This document shows, piece by piece, positions 50,250-64,000 of a DNA stretch of 64,000 bases (the stretch's first letter is position 1; each line of letters starts with the position of its first letter). Source of the DNA: Azolla caroliniana (taxonomy: Eukaryota; Plantae; Polypodiophyta). The notes beneath the pieces were generated by a model that was given only the letters and a program-made list of their open reading frames with translations, had not been told where the DNA came from and made no database searches. Location of the stretch: the NCBI GenBank assembly GCA_043228905.1, contig JBHGNT010000018.1:2914001-2978000 (forward strand), in the 5' to 3' direction. The position numbers were made by a program, and so were the translations under genes.

Positions 50250-50742
50250 TCAAGTAGATTAATGCAACTTTTCAAAACATATATTTTTCGACAAAAACCG
50301 TTCAGGCCACACTTGTGTTGTTTTACTACAGTGAAGGCCAATGGGTTGGTCACCAATGTCTCTAGTATGAACCCTAGTGACCCACAATGCAATAAAAATG
50401 TGTCAAACAATCAATAAAAAGATGAAGATTGGCAAGCATCTATGATGTATCACTTTTTAATACATTTCCAAAAACTTCATTGAAAACATGTAAAGAGAAG
50501 TGAGATGTGTCTTTTGCTATTCAAATTAACACCATGTTGATTCATAAGAGCTAGTTTGATGTTTTGTGCCAAGTAGATTAATGCAACTTTTCAAAACATA
50601 TATTGTTCGACAAAAACCTTTGGCCACACTTGTGTTGTTTTACTACGGTGAAGGCCAATGGGTTGGTCACCAATGTCTCTAGTACGAACCCTAGTACCCC
50701 ACAATACATATTTCGTAAGAGCTAGTTTGATGTTTTGTGCCA
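50250..50742. repeat. Local duplication of about 140 bp (50250-50388 and 50570-50705) plus a 27-bp duplicate
   Basis: CAAGTAGATTAATGCAACTTTTCAAAACATAT...GAACCCTAGT occurs twice; TAAGAGCTAGTTTGATGTTTTGTGCCA occurs at about 50545 and 50716. Confidence 0.85.
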
Positions 50743-52165
50743 CCGAAAGAAGCTAGCACGTTCGATGCAGTCGAAAAATGGCAAACGTGCCTGAAACCAT
50801 AGTAGTCACTAGACCAGGAGGATGAACATATGGACTACAATACAAACACTCAACCCTCCAAGACCCATGTAGATTTGCACATGAAGTATGACCCACAACT
50901 ATGACAAAACCAATCATGACCCCACAACAAACTAACCACAATATTACATACCATGGAAAAGGCCAAGACATGGAGGAGGCCACCAAGTACAAGAGTTGGC
51001 ACTTTTTTCTTCCGATCAACTCCCTAGAGGAGGATAGAGGATTACATACCCACCATTCGTACCACCATTGACAAAAGGGGGAAAAGATTGGTCGGTAACA
51101 TGGTATGGGATGTGATCCAGTGTGTTGTCACGAAGTTACGCGTGTGCATGTGAAATTTTAGCAGGACCACGAGGGACTTGAATCGAAGAGGATGGGTTCA
51201 TTTGAGTTTTCCAAATGAGATGGTCAGGGATGTCGATGTTCAAATTAGTGAATGCTTTGATTTGTACGTCAGTTGTTGTGAGTATTTGTCAATGATGGAG
51301 GTAGGTTTTTAATTATTATTAAATTATATCTATACTTAATTAATTAATTTAATTACTTATTCGTTTAGTATTATAATTATTACTATTACAATAATAGTTT
51401 TTATAAATTATTTATTAATTCTATTTTGCTTAATTATTATTATTTTAGTATAATTTATTTATTTTCGGTATTTAACCATTATTTTGGTGTACTTTATTTA
51501 CTAAATATTGTAGTTAATTTACATATTTATTTTCTTGATCTATTTTATTTTATTTTATTTCTTTATTATTATATTCTCACTATTTTATTAAATAATAATA
51601 ACACGAATATTGTTATTATTATTTAGCTATTATTATAGCTTTTTGTTTTTTATTATCTAATTAATTTAATATTTCTATTATAAATAATTGTTTATAAATA
51701 TAAATATATATATATATATTAATGACCAATCAATGACAACAATGACAACGGAGGATTACATCCACCATCGCATTCATTTATCCCCTCAATCTCCTATAGT
51801 CAAAGTAATACTTAAACCTCCAACCTCCCACTCACAACACATTCTTTTACCAATCGAGCTAAGCCTTTTAGTTGTGTATAGTTCCAACTCACAGTATCTC
51901 CTTCCCACTAGACCTTGAACTATCATTCAACTTTTTTAATATACTTGATTCCTCATGCACATTTCCCACGTTACGACAATGTCTAGATTAATGGTGACGC
52001 AACACATTCTCTATATTGAGATCAAAAGACCATGGGGAGGGGGAACCATGCCAAAGTTCTACAAAGACTACTAGGAGTGATACTAGTAGAGTAAATGGAG
52101 AATGTATACATTGTATCCCCAAGAAAGCAAACTTTGGATAAGAGAAGAGAGTTGTGTGTGTGTGT

Positions 52166-52219
<54 letters not shown>

Positions 52220-52474
52220 CGCAAGGGTGCATACATGTGTGTGAAACTAGCGAAGAACTAATGGCATTGGGTGAGTTGGAGGCATCCCTTGCTTGGCATC
52301 TTCATCTTTGTACATAGCAAGGGATACAAGGTGCATCTACAAAGAGGTTTAAATACAGAAATGTGTGATGTTTGTAGTGAAGGGGAAATAGGGCATGGTA
52401 TACAATCTTAAAGAGAAGCTTTAGGGTCACGGGCAAGAGCACCTAATGAATCGTATCACAAGTTTGATACATCA

Positions 52475-52783
52475 ATGGTGTCTCAGGACTATATGCATAA
52501 TGATGATGACCATTGCCTCATACTCTATGTGGATAATATGTTTGTTGATGGCAGGAACATAGCAATTAAAGGCAAAGTTACAAGACACATTTCCCATGAA
52601 AGCTTTGGCAAAGCAAATCATATTCTAGGCTCTCATAGAAAGGATTTCCTATTACCTTTTATGGCTCTCTCAAGCCAAATACATATATGGAAAAAGTCTT
52701 CTCAAACTTTAATGTGGGAGGTGGTCCAATGTTTACTACATCACGACTCACCACTTCTAGATCTGAAACTTTGGAGATATTGA
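52475..52783 (+). pseudogene. Highly decayed Copia RT remnant
   Basis: CLILYVDNM...GKANHILG resembles LLLYVDDML...LGPARQILG. Confidence 0.6.
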
Positions 52784-54339
52784 TGACCTTAAATGCGATG
52801 AGACATCTTGGATTCCTTAAGTATCAACAATCGAGAGTCTCAAGTAGCAATCAACAACAATTTAGTTCAACTCAAACTGATTAGGGAGTTTCAAATAAAA
52901 ACTATTTTAAAACGTTGAAACTTAATCCAAAGCATACAGAATTATAAAACCATTTAAACCGAAACAATTTCAACATAACCATTTAAGAGATCTTGAAACC
53001 TAAAGTACCACATCATTTTCACATATTATCAAATAAAACCATTTAGCAAAGATTTCGGATAAAAAATAAAATTGAATATCAACTTTAAAATATAATAGGG
53101 TTTAGGACCTCAGCATTGATTTATATTAAACCAAACCATCTAAGTTGTTATGATAAGATTCCTCGATTTGTCCTTGGCTCAAATTGAACCATTGCCAATT
53201 GTGAATCTTCAATGCATACAAATCTTCCTTGAAAGTTTCATAGAACGATGTTTTTTCGCTAGATAGGAATTTCGGGCATGTTGGAGTGTTAGAGGCAAAC
53301 CAGGGAAGATACTACTGGAAGATATTGTTTGGTTGAGACACCTTAGTGCCAACATAGCCACTTAAGTTGTAGTGTCACTAATCAACGCCTCAATGCTAGC
53401 AAAGCCTTGGCTCGAGGACTAACCAAGTTGGGCAAATACCTTACGAAAAAAAATTGACTTATCTCTCATGGATGAAACCCACTTAAATTCTTGGACCAAC
53501 GGTAACATTTTTGGCATATTTCAAAGGATTCACTTCAAGCGCACTTAAGGGCATTTTGAAGGGCGTTTTGATGGTGGTATAACAAAATTTTAGCATGCAT
53601 TTTGGTGTTGTGTGTGAGATTCTTTCAACACACTTCACACTTGGTGGAGTTCTTCTTCTCACACCAAGACCATTATCTAGGGATTTCGGGTCATCATCTA
53701 CCCTATTATGGGGACATGGTGTTAATTACTACCGATGAACTCTTCATTAATCTAACTTTAAATGTCTCAAGATGAAGATCTTACCTAAAAATGAAACGAA
53801 GTTACCCAATATACTTAATTGCACGCTTAAGAAACTAAATGCAAAGAAATTAGAAGGGATCAAACATCATGCTTCATTTAGTTATAATACATTGTAATAT
53901 ACTTGTGTCAATTGTTCCTTAGTCATTAACGAGGTGTTAATTACTACAAATCAACCCTTCATTAGGGTAATATTAGACATTATTGAGAGAAAGAAAAGGA
54001 AAAGACTCTTGCCTAAAGAGATGATAAAGTGAACAAGGATCAAAATGCGTAACACCGACTTTTATAATCTTACACAACAGTTTAGTCCTTTTTACATTGT
54101 TTTTGTTGAGGTAAGCACATTATTCACAAAGAGTTGAAAAAGTGAATCAAGCATCTAAAGGATCCAAGCATTATATTTTATGTTTTTATCTCTTGTCCTC
54201 TTTCCTTTACATGTGACTCGTCTCTTGTGCATCAATACTAATCTCAAGGTTGTTGGAAGTGTACAACCAGTACTTAACATGTGTTTTTAAGGATAACATC
54301 TTAGGTTAATTTTGATTTTCAAGGATCGCAATCTATAGA

Positions 54340-54687
54340 ATATCTACATCAGCTAATGGTATGGTATCGTAGATGTTTCATGGACAAAACTATGTCGTCC
54401 TCTCCACAATAAAGGTAAAATGTATCGTCGCATGTGAATTATGTAAGATAGTGATATATCTAGCTTGCCTAGTGGAAGATATGGGCATTCACTTTGAACC
54501 TTTGATATTGCACAATGATACTGTGCGTGTTATTAAGATGGCACACAACTCAATATTTCATGTAAAGATCAAGCACATTAAGGTGTGCTATCATTTCATA
54601 AGGACTATGATAAATGACATGTACATGAAGCTTGTAAAGATTTACATTGATGATAACCCAACACTACTTTTCATTATTGGAGTGTAG
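54340..54687 (+). pseudogene. Highly decayed Copia RNase H remnant
   Basis: VVLSTIKVKC...MAHNSIFHVKIKHIKVCYHFIR...IYIDDNP resembles the Copia RNase H consensus. Confidence 0.7.
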
Positions 54688-57192
54688 CAGTAGAGAGCTT
54701 TACGTTTACACACATCAAGCAACTTGTGAGCAAGGATGAGGATCAATTGATATGCCTTTGTGCTTTGTACTTTGTACTCTCAATTGTAGTATATATGTAT
54801 GGGAACTTGTTAGGGTCAAGGGAATGTGAACCCAAGAAGCCCACTTCTTTATGAGCTAGTAAATAAAGTGCTACATTGCATCAAAACCCCTATCCCAATT
54901 ATCTCTTTCTCATGTCTACTTAGAGCTAGGATTTTTCATGTTAAATTCTTGACCAACATACACAATGTTGAGCACAAAAAACCTATTGCAAAGGAGAGAC
55001 TTAATTTGTTTATAAAAAAAATGTCATTTGAAAGTTTTTTTTACATAATGTTACTTATGACAACATTCTCAATCCTTTCGTTTTCATTAGGTTCTTTCCA
55101 TTGATAGGATGCAATTATCTCTTACAAACCCAAGACATTCATCACATATCATTGTATCAATCTCCCTTATAATGAAATTCTTCTAAAGAGAAAAATGTAG
55201 TCTCTTACTTTTTTTTATTATACTTCATTCATGTTGAAATGGCCCCACGCATGACTTCATCACCTCCATTTACATATTTTGTATGATGATAATGAAACGT
55301 TCAAATATATCTTGATAACGACACAAATAAAGTGGACAAAACCGACATTAAATGTGTCGATTTCTCTTCAATCAAGCACACTATTCTAATCTTGGTACTA
55401 GGGTAGGGTGTGTTGGAAGTGACAACAACAACAACCAACGTTATAAAGCAACCTAGTGGGTTCTACATGCTTAAAAAATCCTATGAATATGGAGGAGAAT
55501 AAAGACAACAACAATCTATTTTCATATTCTACAACTTGGTCGTGATTATGCCACCATAGGGTTTATGGGCATTCAATGCTACAACATTTAGTGAGAATGG
55601 TGTGATTTCTACTAGTCTACTTGTGTTTCGTTGGATTCTCTGGTGACTCCGTTTGACTATGTTTATGTGGAGAGTGGTGTACAGTGGTTTTGTAGAAGAC
55701 AATACCACTTGGAACTCTGCCACTTGATGTCAATTAAAGGCTCATATTTCTCAAGGAAGATATCAATAGTACCCATCATACTGGGGGGACAATATTGTTC
55801 GTAGCTTTTTGTAGTGTCGAAAATGCCACCTTGTCCCTTGGGTCAAAAAGTAGGCATATGCCCCACATGCTTGAAATCATCATCCTAAATATTTTGCATA
55901 ATCATCTATCCACAAAAATCACAATTTAGCATTGTGATATATTGTGGTCAGTGCATCCCTCTTAATGAATTATTCTTTTCATGCTAGATTGCCCTAAGCA
56001 TATGCCATCTTCAATTCAACTGTGGGTGTAGTGCCAATTACACCATTGTTTTTTCTAGACTTAGCTTTTTGCTATTTCTACGTTCCTTAATCCAATCCAA
56101 TTTTACAAGGGACGAGCTTGATTAAACAAAACAGATAATAAAATTATTTGTCATTTGTGATTTGGAAAGTCAAGAGTAGTTTGAAACAAGAAGTCCTAAT
56201 GACATCTCACAATAAATATATAACACACATGGGATCAAAACCACCTACTAGATTGACAAGAATAGACAAAATGGGTTAATCCCTCCGCTTGGAATCCATT
56301 AAGACCAATCATTATTATTTCTCCATCATGAAACTCTGAAAATGTAGAAGAATCATACAAAGAAGGGATGTTATCTTCAAGCCATAATATGCAAATCTAG
56401 GAAACAAGGCGAAGCAACACTCTCCTTTTCATTTTAACACACAATGTTGATGATTCACGAATCATTGGCAAGAAAATGTTTTCTACTTTCCACTTTAAAG
56501 AGCAATCTTTGAGCTTAGGAATGATGAGTTTGCAAAGTATTAAGATAGGATGATTCTCAGCAATCCAAAAGATTGTTAGGATATATTATACAAAAGTTAG
56601 CTACAAGAGGAGTGAGATACAATTATGCAACTTAAGCCAAAGCTAGAAAATGCATGATTTTAACATTTTGGAGGGAAGGGGCATTAAATACTTGCAAGAA
56701 TGTGACACAAACAACAACCAATGAAGATAACTATCCACTTCCAGCATTCTCAACACTCGGAAACTAATATGCTTGAAGTAGTGCCCAACCCCTGCATCAA
56801 GTCCCTAGTTTACAATACAAGGTTACCGAAGAATCTAACAACCCACATGTTTTTCCTTGGAGGAAGCATGAATCAATAGAAGACGCCTCAATTCTTCGGT
56901 TCCTTTATCTAGAGTGGAAATTATATGCATCAAAGATCTACTGAAATTCAATGCTCAAATGCTTTCTCCAAGATGAAGAACCCCACAATAGTTAAGAGCT
57001 TTCACCGAATGAAGCTTAAAAACTTCCGAGAGAGAGCTGAATATGCATCGAAGCTCATTAGTTCTTGGGTGGGTGAAGCATAATGAGATCATATGCTAGG
57101 AGGAAAGTAGCATAAAGATATATATATATAGCCTCTATAACTCGTCGTGAGTGGCAACAAGCTAGAGAATGTTAGAAAACTAACAAAGGCCT

Positions 57193-59023
57193 TTAGTTGC
57201 ATTGCAAAAGTATTTGATGGTTGTCCATGCACCCCATGGAAGCATGTCTTTTCTTGTGAAGAGGTGAAGGGGTTTGTTGGAATTTTGCACTTCCCCAACT
57301 TTTACACTTGGCCCTCATTGAGATGGTTCCTTCCATGTACCCGGGTTTCGTTGGAGATTGGTCCCTACTCCGAGAGGTCCTAGTGCCATGTACATGTTTC
57401 ACATGTTGGTGGTGCTCATGCCCAACACACGATTTCGATGCCGGGGATATCACTCCCGAATGACAATTCATATTATAAGCCATCTCCGGAGTGACTTTAG
57501 ACTTGTTTGCATCTAGCTCTAGCTCGAGACTCAATTGTTGTTCCCACATTTGCCAAAACTCGAGCTCCTTGCTCGCGGCCATTGCACGTCGGTAAAATGC
57601 ATAGGCTAATGCTCTCTCCCGTCTTATCGCAGCCGCATGCTTGTGGTGTTGCCTCCATTGGATTTCCTCGGCGCTTCCTTGGCAATCACACCATTCTCTC
57701 TTCTTCGATAGTTTTTGTAACACCAAGGATCGGATTTTGAATGGTTATATATTTATATGCAAAGATGCCAACAAAGGATCAATTTTAGGAGCCCACAAGA
57801 AATGAATTAAGTAATCTGAGATGGATTACCATTGTAACATCATTCACTTATTCTTGTACCTTAGATTCATGCATGTTCAGTTGATTGAAAGCTTGAAGAA
57901 AGACGGCAGCATTATACCGCCTCACCCGACGACCTCGAAAGAGTGCTTGGATTCTTACTATAGCTTTTAATGCTCTGAGTGCTCTTCTGGCCTACAATCA
58001 GCCAATGGAAGGATCAAATTAGAAATGATATGTGAATATGTCATTAGGGTTCAGGAAAACAAAAAACACACCCCTAATCTTGTTGGGTACTTCTTATTAT
58101 ATACCCAAGTTTTTTGAAAATTATTAGAAATCCTTGCCTCTCTATGATAATTTATCTTGAAGATTCACTGAGGATCTACTACCAGTAAGTGGCTAACAAG
58201 TTAGGGTTTTTTTTTTTTTCTGCTTCTCCAATGTATCACACTCTCTTAAGATGGAACTACACTGTCATTGTACAGCATTATTGTTCTAGACATTGCAATA
58301 ATATTTCCTTTGCTAAACATAATTCTGTTCTCATTTATAGATTAAATTGATACGAACCAGAAAACCGCGGAATACCGATTGGATTCGAACAGCCGCCCAT
58401 TGCATTGTGTAATGTGTAGGATATAAGATACAATCCTCTGGGTGCACATATCTCGCAGACATGCCATTCTTTCGATCATGTCTGTCGGAATTATGTGAAA
58501 GGTTCGATACATCCGATTTCCATATGATCCACCTCTTGGATTTGGCATGCTTTGGATATAAGATAGAATTCTCCGGATGGACGGCATATCTCGCAGACAT
58601 GCTATTCTTTATGTCGTGCCGATCCACCACATTCTTTGGATTGGCCGACGCTACTGAAGTAGTTTTCCATACGATCCACCTCTTGGATTTGTCATTTGTC
58701 GAGTTTTTCTGTGTGAATGTTAGACATAGAATACATATTTGCTCAGTCTCTCTCTCACTCATGAGCTTTACCCTAATGGGAAGCTATTTAGGCATTAAAC
58801 ACTCACTGATTTACAGAGCTAGCTAGCATCAAAGCCATGAACTTGAATAGCACAGTTACAATAATGGAACCGGAACTTCATGTTTCTTCCCTCTCTCTTT
58901 CTCTTTCTCAGACTCTCTCTCTCTCTCTCTCTCTTTCATTCATACCAGACTCTCTTGCTCGGAAGCTGCTTTGTTTTTCTTGAAGCCAATGAGAGCTTTG
59001 AACCATCTTGAAGTGGCACCCAT
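57193..59023 (-). CDS. IQD: IQ67-domain (IQD) calmodulin-binding protein; exons 59023-58946, 58708-58358, 57991-57860 and about 57702-57193
   Basis: MGATSRWFKALIG start. AAVRIQSVFRGFL|ARRALRALKAIVRIQALFRGRRVR carries the diagnostic phase-0 intron inside IQ67. WCDCQGSAEEI...AAIRRERALAYAF; GYMEGTISMRAK. The first three exon boundaries are clean GT-AG phase 0; the last acceptor is uncertain. Confidence 0.88.
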
Positions 59024-60539
59024 AGACACCAAAAACTGTTGCTTCAAGAACCAATCCTGAAATTCGAAACAAAAACACCCATGCAATTGAGAAATTGTCT
59101 TCGATTTTTTTTTAACATAAATCAGAATTTTGATGTACATTAATGTGTGATTTTTGAAAAAAGAAGCCGCTTATTTCTTGAGAATTCATCAAGAATTGAT
59201 TACACATAAAGAAAACTTCCAAATCGTTGTGGAATTTTAAAAATAAAAGAAAATTTCCCCCTCGACACAAGCCATGAAATTGTGTTTCAACATTTAAACA
59301 TATGAGATTAATTAAAGTAAAAGGATTATTGCTTAAAGTACAGGTCAAATTTAATCAAGAAAAGATTTAAAGACAATTTGTAAACTTTAAACGAAACTCA
59401 TAGATTAGGAATCGTTGATGGTGAGATTAATCAAAAAGGAAAGGTTTAATTCTGAAATTTAAAGGAAACCCCAGAAAATATTTGAATTATGAGATTTAAA
59501 GCTTAAACTAGAAATCTTTAATTTTGAGATTTAATGCAGAACCTAGAAGGCTTTAATTCTGAGAGTTAAAGCAAAGGCCCAGGAACCTTTAATTCCGAGA
59601 TTTAAAGCCAAACCTCACAAAGAAAGAAAGCTTACTTGTGAAGTGAATCAAAAGCCCACAAAGAAAGAATGCTACGAAATTGAGAGGATTGAGGAACTAA
59701 AAACCCTAGTAAATATAGAGAATGAAAGGTTTAGATGAGGAGGAGGGATTAAAGCGAGAGAGAGAAAGCTTTTTCTTTTATTAAATGCAATTGAGCAAGG
59801 GAAAAAGAGAAGATTAGTGTACTTACTTACTTACAATGAGTGGAAAATTAAAGAAGTAATTTATGAATCAGATTAGATAAGATTATATAAAAAAAAATGG
59901 GCAATATCTTCTTATTTCTTCCTGTTTATCTCCTCCTCCTCCTTCTTCTTCTTCTTCTTCTTCTTCTTCTTCTTCTCCCCCTCCTCCTCCTCCTTTCTTT
60001 ATTTCTTTAAGATGGAAATCAATCCGAAATGCTGTGATTTTTAAGTGTAAAACAGACAGTAAAAAAAAAAAAAAAGGAGAAAAGGAAGGAGAATTCAGGG
60101 TAAGAGAAAGATGGCTAGAGGAAATTTACTGCAGGATTTCTCTGTGTCTGCCCCCCCTATGTATCCATCCATCAATCAATCAATCCATCAATCAATCAGA
60201 ATCAAATGTTTTTGTGTGTTTTCCTGTCTGTCTGTCTGTCTGTCTGTCTGGTTTATTTTGGAAGGAGGAGGTTAGGGAGAATTGTGTGTGTGTTTTTCTT
60301 GCTTTCTTACTTTCTTTCCTCTCTCTTTTTTTTCCCTCACTTTCCCAATGAAATGTGATGAGATGAGATGAATTGAATTGAATTGAGAAACAGAGAGACA
60401 CACTCACACACACAGTATTTTTGTTTGTCCAAGTGTGAAACCAAATTTTCAAAAATAAATCTCTTCTCCTCTCTTCCATCTTTTTCCTTTTTCTTTGTTA
60501 ATTTGTTTCTTTTTTTCTGTTTTTCTTTTTTGTTTTTTG

Positions 60540-61182
60540 TTTTTTGGTTTTTGGTTTTTGGTTTTTCATTGTTTTTTTTTCTTTTTTTTTTCTTTTTAAT
60601 TTTTCATTTTTCATTTTTCCTTTTTCATTTTTCATTTTTCCTTTTTTCATTTTTCCTTTTTTCATTTTTCATTTTTTCATTTTTCATTTTTCATTTTTCA
60701 TTTTTCATTTTTCATTTTTCATTTTTCATTTTTCATTTTTCATTTTTCATTTTTCATTTTTCATTTTTCATTTTTCATTTTTTCATTTTTTCTTTTTCAT
60801 TTTTCATTTTTCATTTTTCATTTTTCATTTTTCATTTTTCATTTTTCATTTTTCATTTTTTCTTTTTCATTTTTCATTTTTTCATTTTTTCATTTTTTCA
60901 TTTTTTCATTTTTTCATTTTTCATTTTTTCATTTTTTCATTTTTTCATTTTTCATTTTTTCATTTTTTCATTTTTTCATTTTTTCATTTTTCATTTTTTA
61001 ATTTTTTCTTTTTTTCTTTTTTTCTTTTTTCTTTTTTCTTTTTTCTTTGTGTTTTTTTCATTTTTTCATTTTTTCATTTTTTCATTTTTTCATTTTTCAT
61101 TTTTTCATTTTTTCATTTTTTCTTTTTTCATTTTTTCTTTTTTCTTTTTTCTTTTTTCTTTTTTTTTCTTTCTTTTTCTTTT
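60540..61182. repeat. T-rich simple repeat, core (CATTTTT)n, about 640 bp
   Basis: Directly visible 7-8 bp unit; source of the spurious poly-Phe ORFs. Confidence 0.95.
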
Positions 61183-61642
61183 GGAATTGGGGGGGAGGAT
61201 AACCTTCTCTTAAGTTGGGGGTACAGTTTCATTCTCTCTTTCCTTTTCCTTTTCATTTTGGTTCTTTTTCCTCTTCCAAAATTCAAAATTTGAATCAACC
61301 TTTTGAAGCAATACCACCCCACACAACTTACAAACTCACTCCCCCAAGATAAAAAGCCCCCCCCACACACCTTGAGCAAAAAAAGGCGAAGGTGGTATGA
61401 GAAGTCACGACACCCACTCCTCTTCTTGATCATTGAACGTCGACTCCCACCCAATATAAATAATAAAGGGACATTTCGGGAATGATTGGTTTCTTATGGG
61501 CGAGAAGGGACTCAATAAACTTTGTGCACAAAATTCTCTCTCTATCTCTCTCTCATCTTCTATCTCTACATCAATTGATCGAAAATGTCTAGTACTAAAT
61601 ATAATAACAACAATAATTGAGCTTGAAAGTCCGCCCTCTTCA

Positions 61643-61679
<37 letters not shown>

Positions 61680-64000
61680 AATGTACCGTAACATGGGACA
61701 AATGTAGAGGATCACGCTTCACACATTATACGACACATGTTGCGCCTAACTACAAAACCATATTCTTTGTGGAACGGGGAAATCGTACACATTCGATACA
61801 TGTTAAAGCTCATTCCGTTGTCTGCCATTTAAACCATTGCTTCTATACGACTTAGCTCACATGCATTGCGATTTAAGATGGGGCGTTGGGGCACAAGTGA
61901 TGAGAGTGGTCGTATTTGACCGCCGAAGACGATAGTAGAATCTCTCTCTCTCTCTCTCTCCAATCAATAAAATTTAGTTGTTATGGAATGAGTGATATTT
62001 GCCTTTGCTCATAGTCGGGATTGGCCTTTACCTCTTTCTGATGCATGCTTTACACCATATCATATATGAACTCTAAAGATGATCATGGTTGGGCTCAGGG
62101 CAATACTAGAATTGGTGAAATAATGGGAAATCCTTATTTGCACCTTTTTTAAGTGTACTAATATGCCATATTTTAACTTAGAGGATGATAATCAAATCCT
62201 CAAGCTTGAGAATGGTGAATGAATGATTAAGTTCTAGCGTGCATCATGCCAAAAACAACAATTCTCATAAATGTCATTCTTGGATTCAAGTTTCAAGTTT
62301 TTTAAGAAGGGAACAATGACATAAACCCTCAATTGGCCATATCACCATCTCCATCAAGCTATTGCATTTGTTTCATGTAGTTGATGCTTTTGGATGAACA
62401 TTCTAAACTTGATTTACAATAGGGGTAGTTTATGTTCCTCCATTAAATGTTCATTTTAGTGTAAAATGTCACAATATCACTTGGTGGATCACCTCGAAAG
62501 TTGAATGTTGTGTTCCAAAGCAAGACTAATTCCACTATTGTACGCTAGTTTAGACATGTCCATAAAATGATGATTAAGATATGTAATCAGGAATATTGTA
62601 AACAAAATAGAAACATCATTTCCATTTATGTTGCTCGAGTGGATGAGTTGCAAGAATACCTATAAATGTTGGAAATAAAGATAACACCTTGTTTTTTTTG
62701 TGCCTTTTTTATCTTATTCTCTCGCAACGCTTCTTTCATGACAATTGATCTAGGTACGAACAACTAATCTATCACTCTAGGGACCGACCACATTTAAAAC
62801 ATTCAAACGAAACCCTTTACATATATCTCTACTTTTTGGAAACTCGCACACTAGCGAAAGAGAGCAAAATATGTGTTTGAAAACTAAAAAAGTGTGTCCC
62901 TCACAATCTAGAGAAATGTGAAACCTGGCAATGTAATCTTTCTTATACGTAGGTCTTATAAATCAAGGTTGGTATCAACTAGGGGCTGATAAATACTATT
63001 GTAATGGCCATTGATTTTATATCATTTATGGAAGACGAATAAATTTGCATCGAAATGAATGTCGCTATTGAAACCAAAACCCTTCAATTAGTAATGGTTC
63101 ATGAGACATGTCAAACTCTCGTTATGCATATCTAATAGCTTGTGTACATTAATTGGCTCACAACCCACACACAAATTATTTATTTTGCTAGCCTAAACAT
63201 TGTTTTTTTTAAATGTATTCAGTCCTATCCATATTTTGCCCAACCATAAATTGTTCGAAATCTTCAATAAAAGGCTTGTATCGAGTTTCACCTATATTAG
63301 ATGTTGTTGCTTTACTCATACTTGACAATGTATTCCAACAACTGTAATGTTTTCTTTGAGCAACAATTGTAATGAAACGATCATTGTCATAACTACTATG
63401 AAGAAAATTCTGTTGAAGCTCATTATGTATGACTATCATCACTATCGTACATAAATTTCTGCAACAAAAAAAAGCATCGATGTTGCTTCCGGAAATCCTA
63501 ACGATCATAAATGAAAAGGTGATGACATTTTACCGATAGTTGGACCAATATTACTTGCCTTTGTAAAAGAGTAATACAATACAACTACTACAATTTCGAG
63601 CTCTTGCCCTTACATTCGCAAAACTTGATGCATTATTTTATCTTAGAACATATGACATTGTTATAACAAACATTACTTGATCATGCTTGGGCCTCTTTGA
63701 AATTGTTATATTATTGTTGGTCGGTTGGTATGTGGAAGCTTCTAGGGGGGAGCCCTTCGGTAAGAGACACGTTGTTGACTATGATTGGCCATCCGGCGAA
63801 AGAAAATAAAAAGAAAAGAGAGCACATTGTTGACAATGGGCGAAAAGGTATTGTCTCAAATTATTTAACAGTGTTTTCACACATAAATATTTCACATTAA
63901 AGAATGTTTCGACGGACAGATCCATCATTAAAGAGTGCTTTCGACAACAATGAATGCTCACTTACAAATTGGTCATTTTGATATTATGTACGAAGTGTGT

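Noticed and set aside
60383-61293. Two long Phe-rich ORFs (276 and 249 aa)
   Set aside because: Artefacts of the stop-free (CATTTTT)n repeat.

Overview
Eukaryotic plant nuclear DNA. The TE families and gene style suggest a non-seed land plant such as a bryophyte or lycophyte, but this is inference only. Positions 1-14.7 kb are a nested LTR-retrotransposon cluster: a recent Ty3/Gypsy element (tRNA-Trp PBS, gag-protease ORF, predicted -1 frameshift into RT-RH-INT), two different Ty1/Copia lineages on the minus strand, and a solo LTR with a 5-bp TSD. A decaying tandem tRNA-Asn(GTT) array follows at about 14.65-15.7 kb. The rest is AT-rich, CpG-poor DNA with three host genes: a 3-exon COI1 jasmonate-receptor homologue (+, 28013-30642), an intronless DUF4408/DUF761-like gene (+, 40684-42306) and an IQ67-domain (IQD) gene (-, 57193-59023). 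It also holds a 5'-truncated L1-type LINE (-, 44.2-49.7 kb), a LINE fragment and Copia remnants. The most unusual items are: (i) eight 43-bp palindromic repeats separated by variable 18-49 bp spacers just upstream of COI1, a CRISPR-like layout carrying bZIP-type CCACGTC motifs; (ii) an invariant TGCCAAGTGG motif repeated in-frame inside the DUF761-like gene; (iii) an 85-bp mini solo-LTR-like insertion in the LINE RT; (iv) a GGAUUUU slippery site with a possible pseudoknot in the Gypsy element; (v) the tRNA-Asn array at the TE/gene boundary. All calls were made by eye with no database searches.
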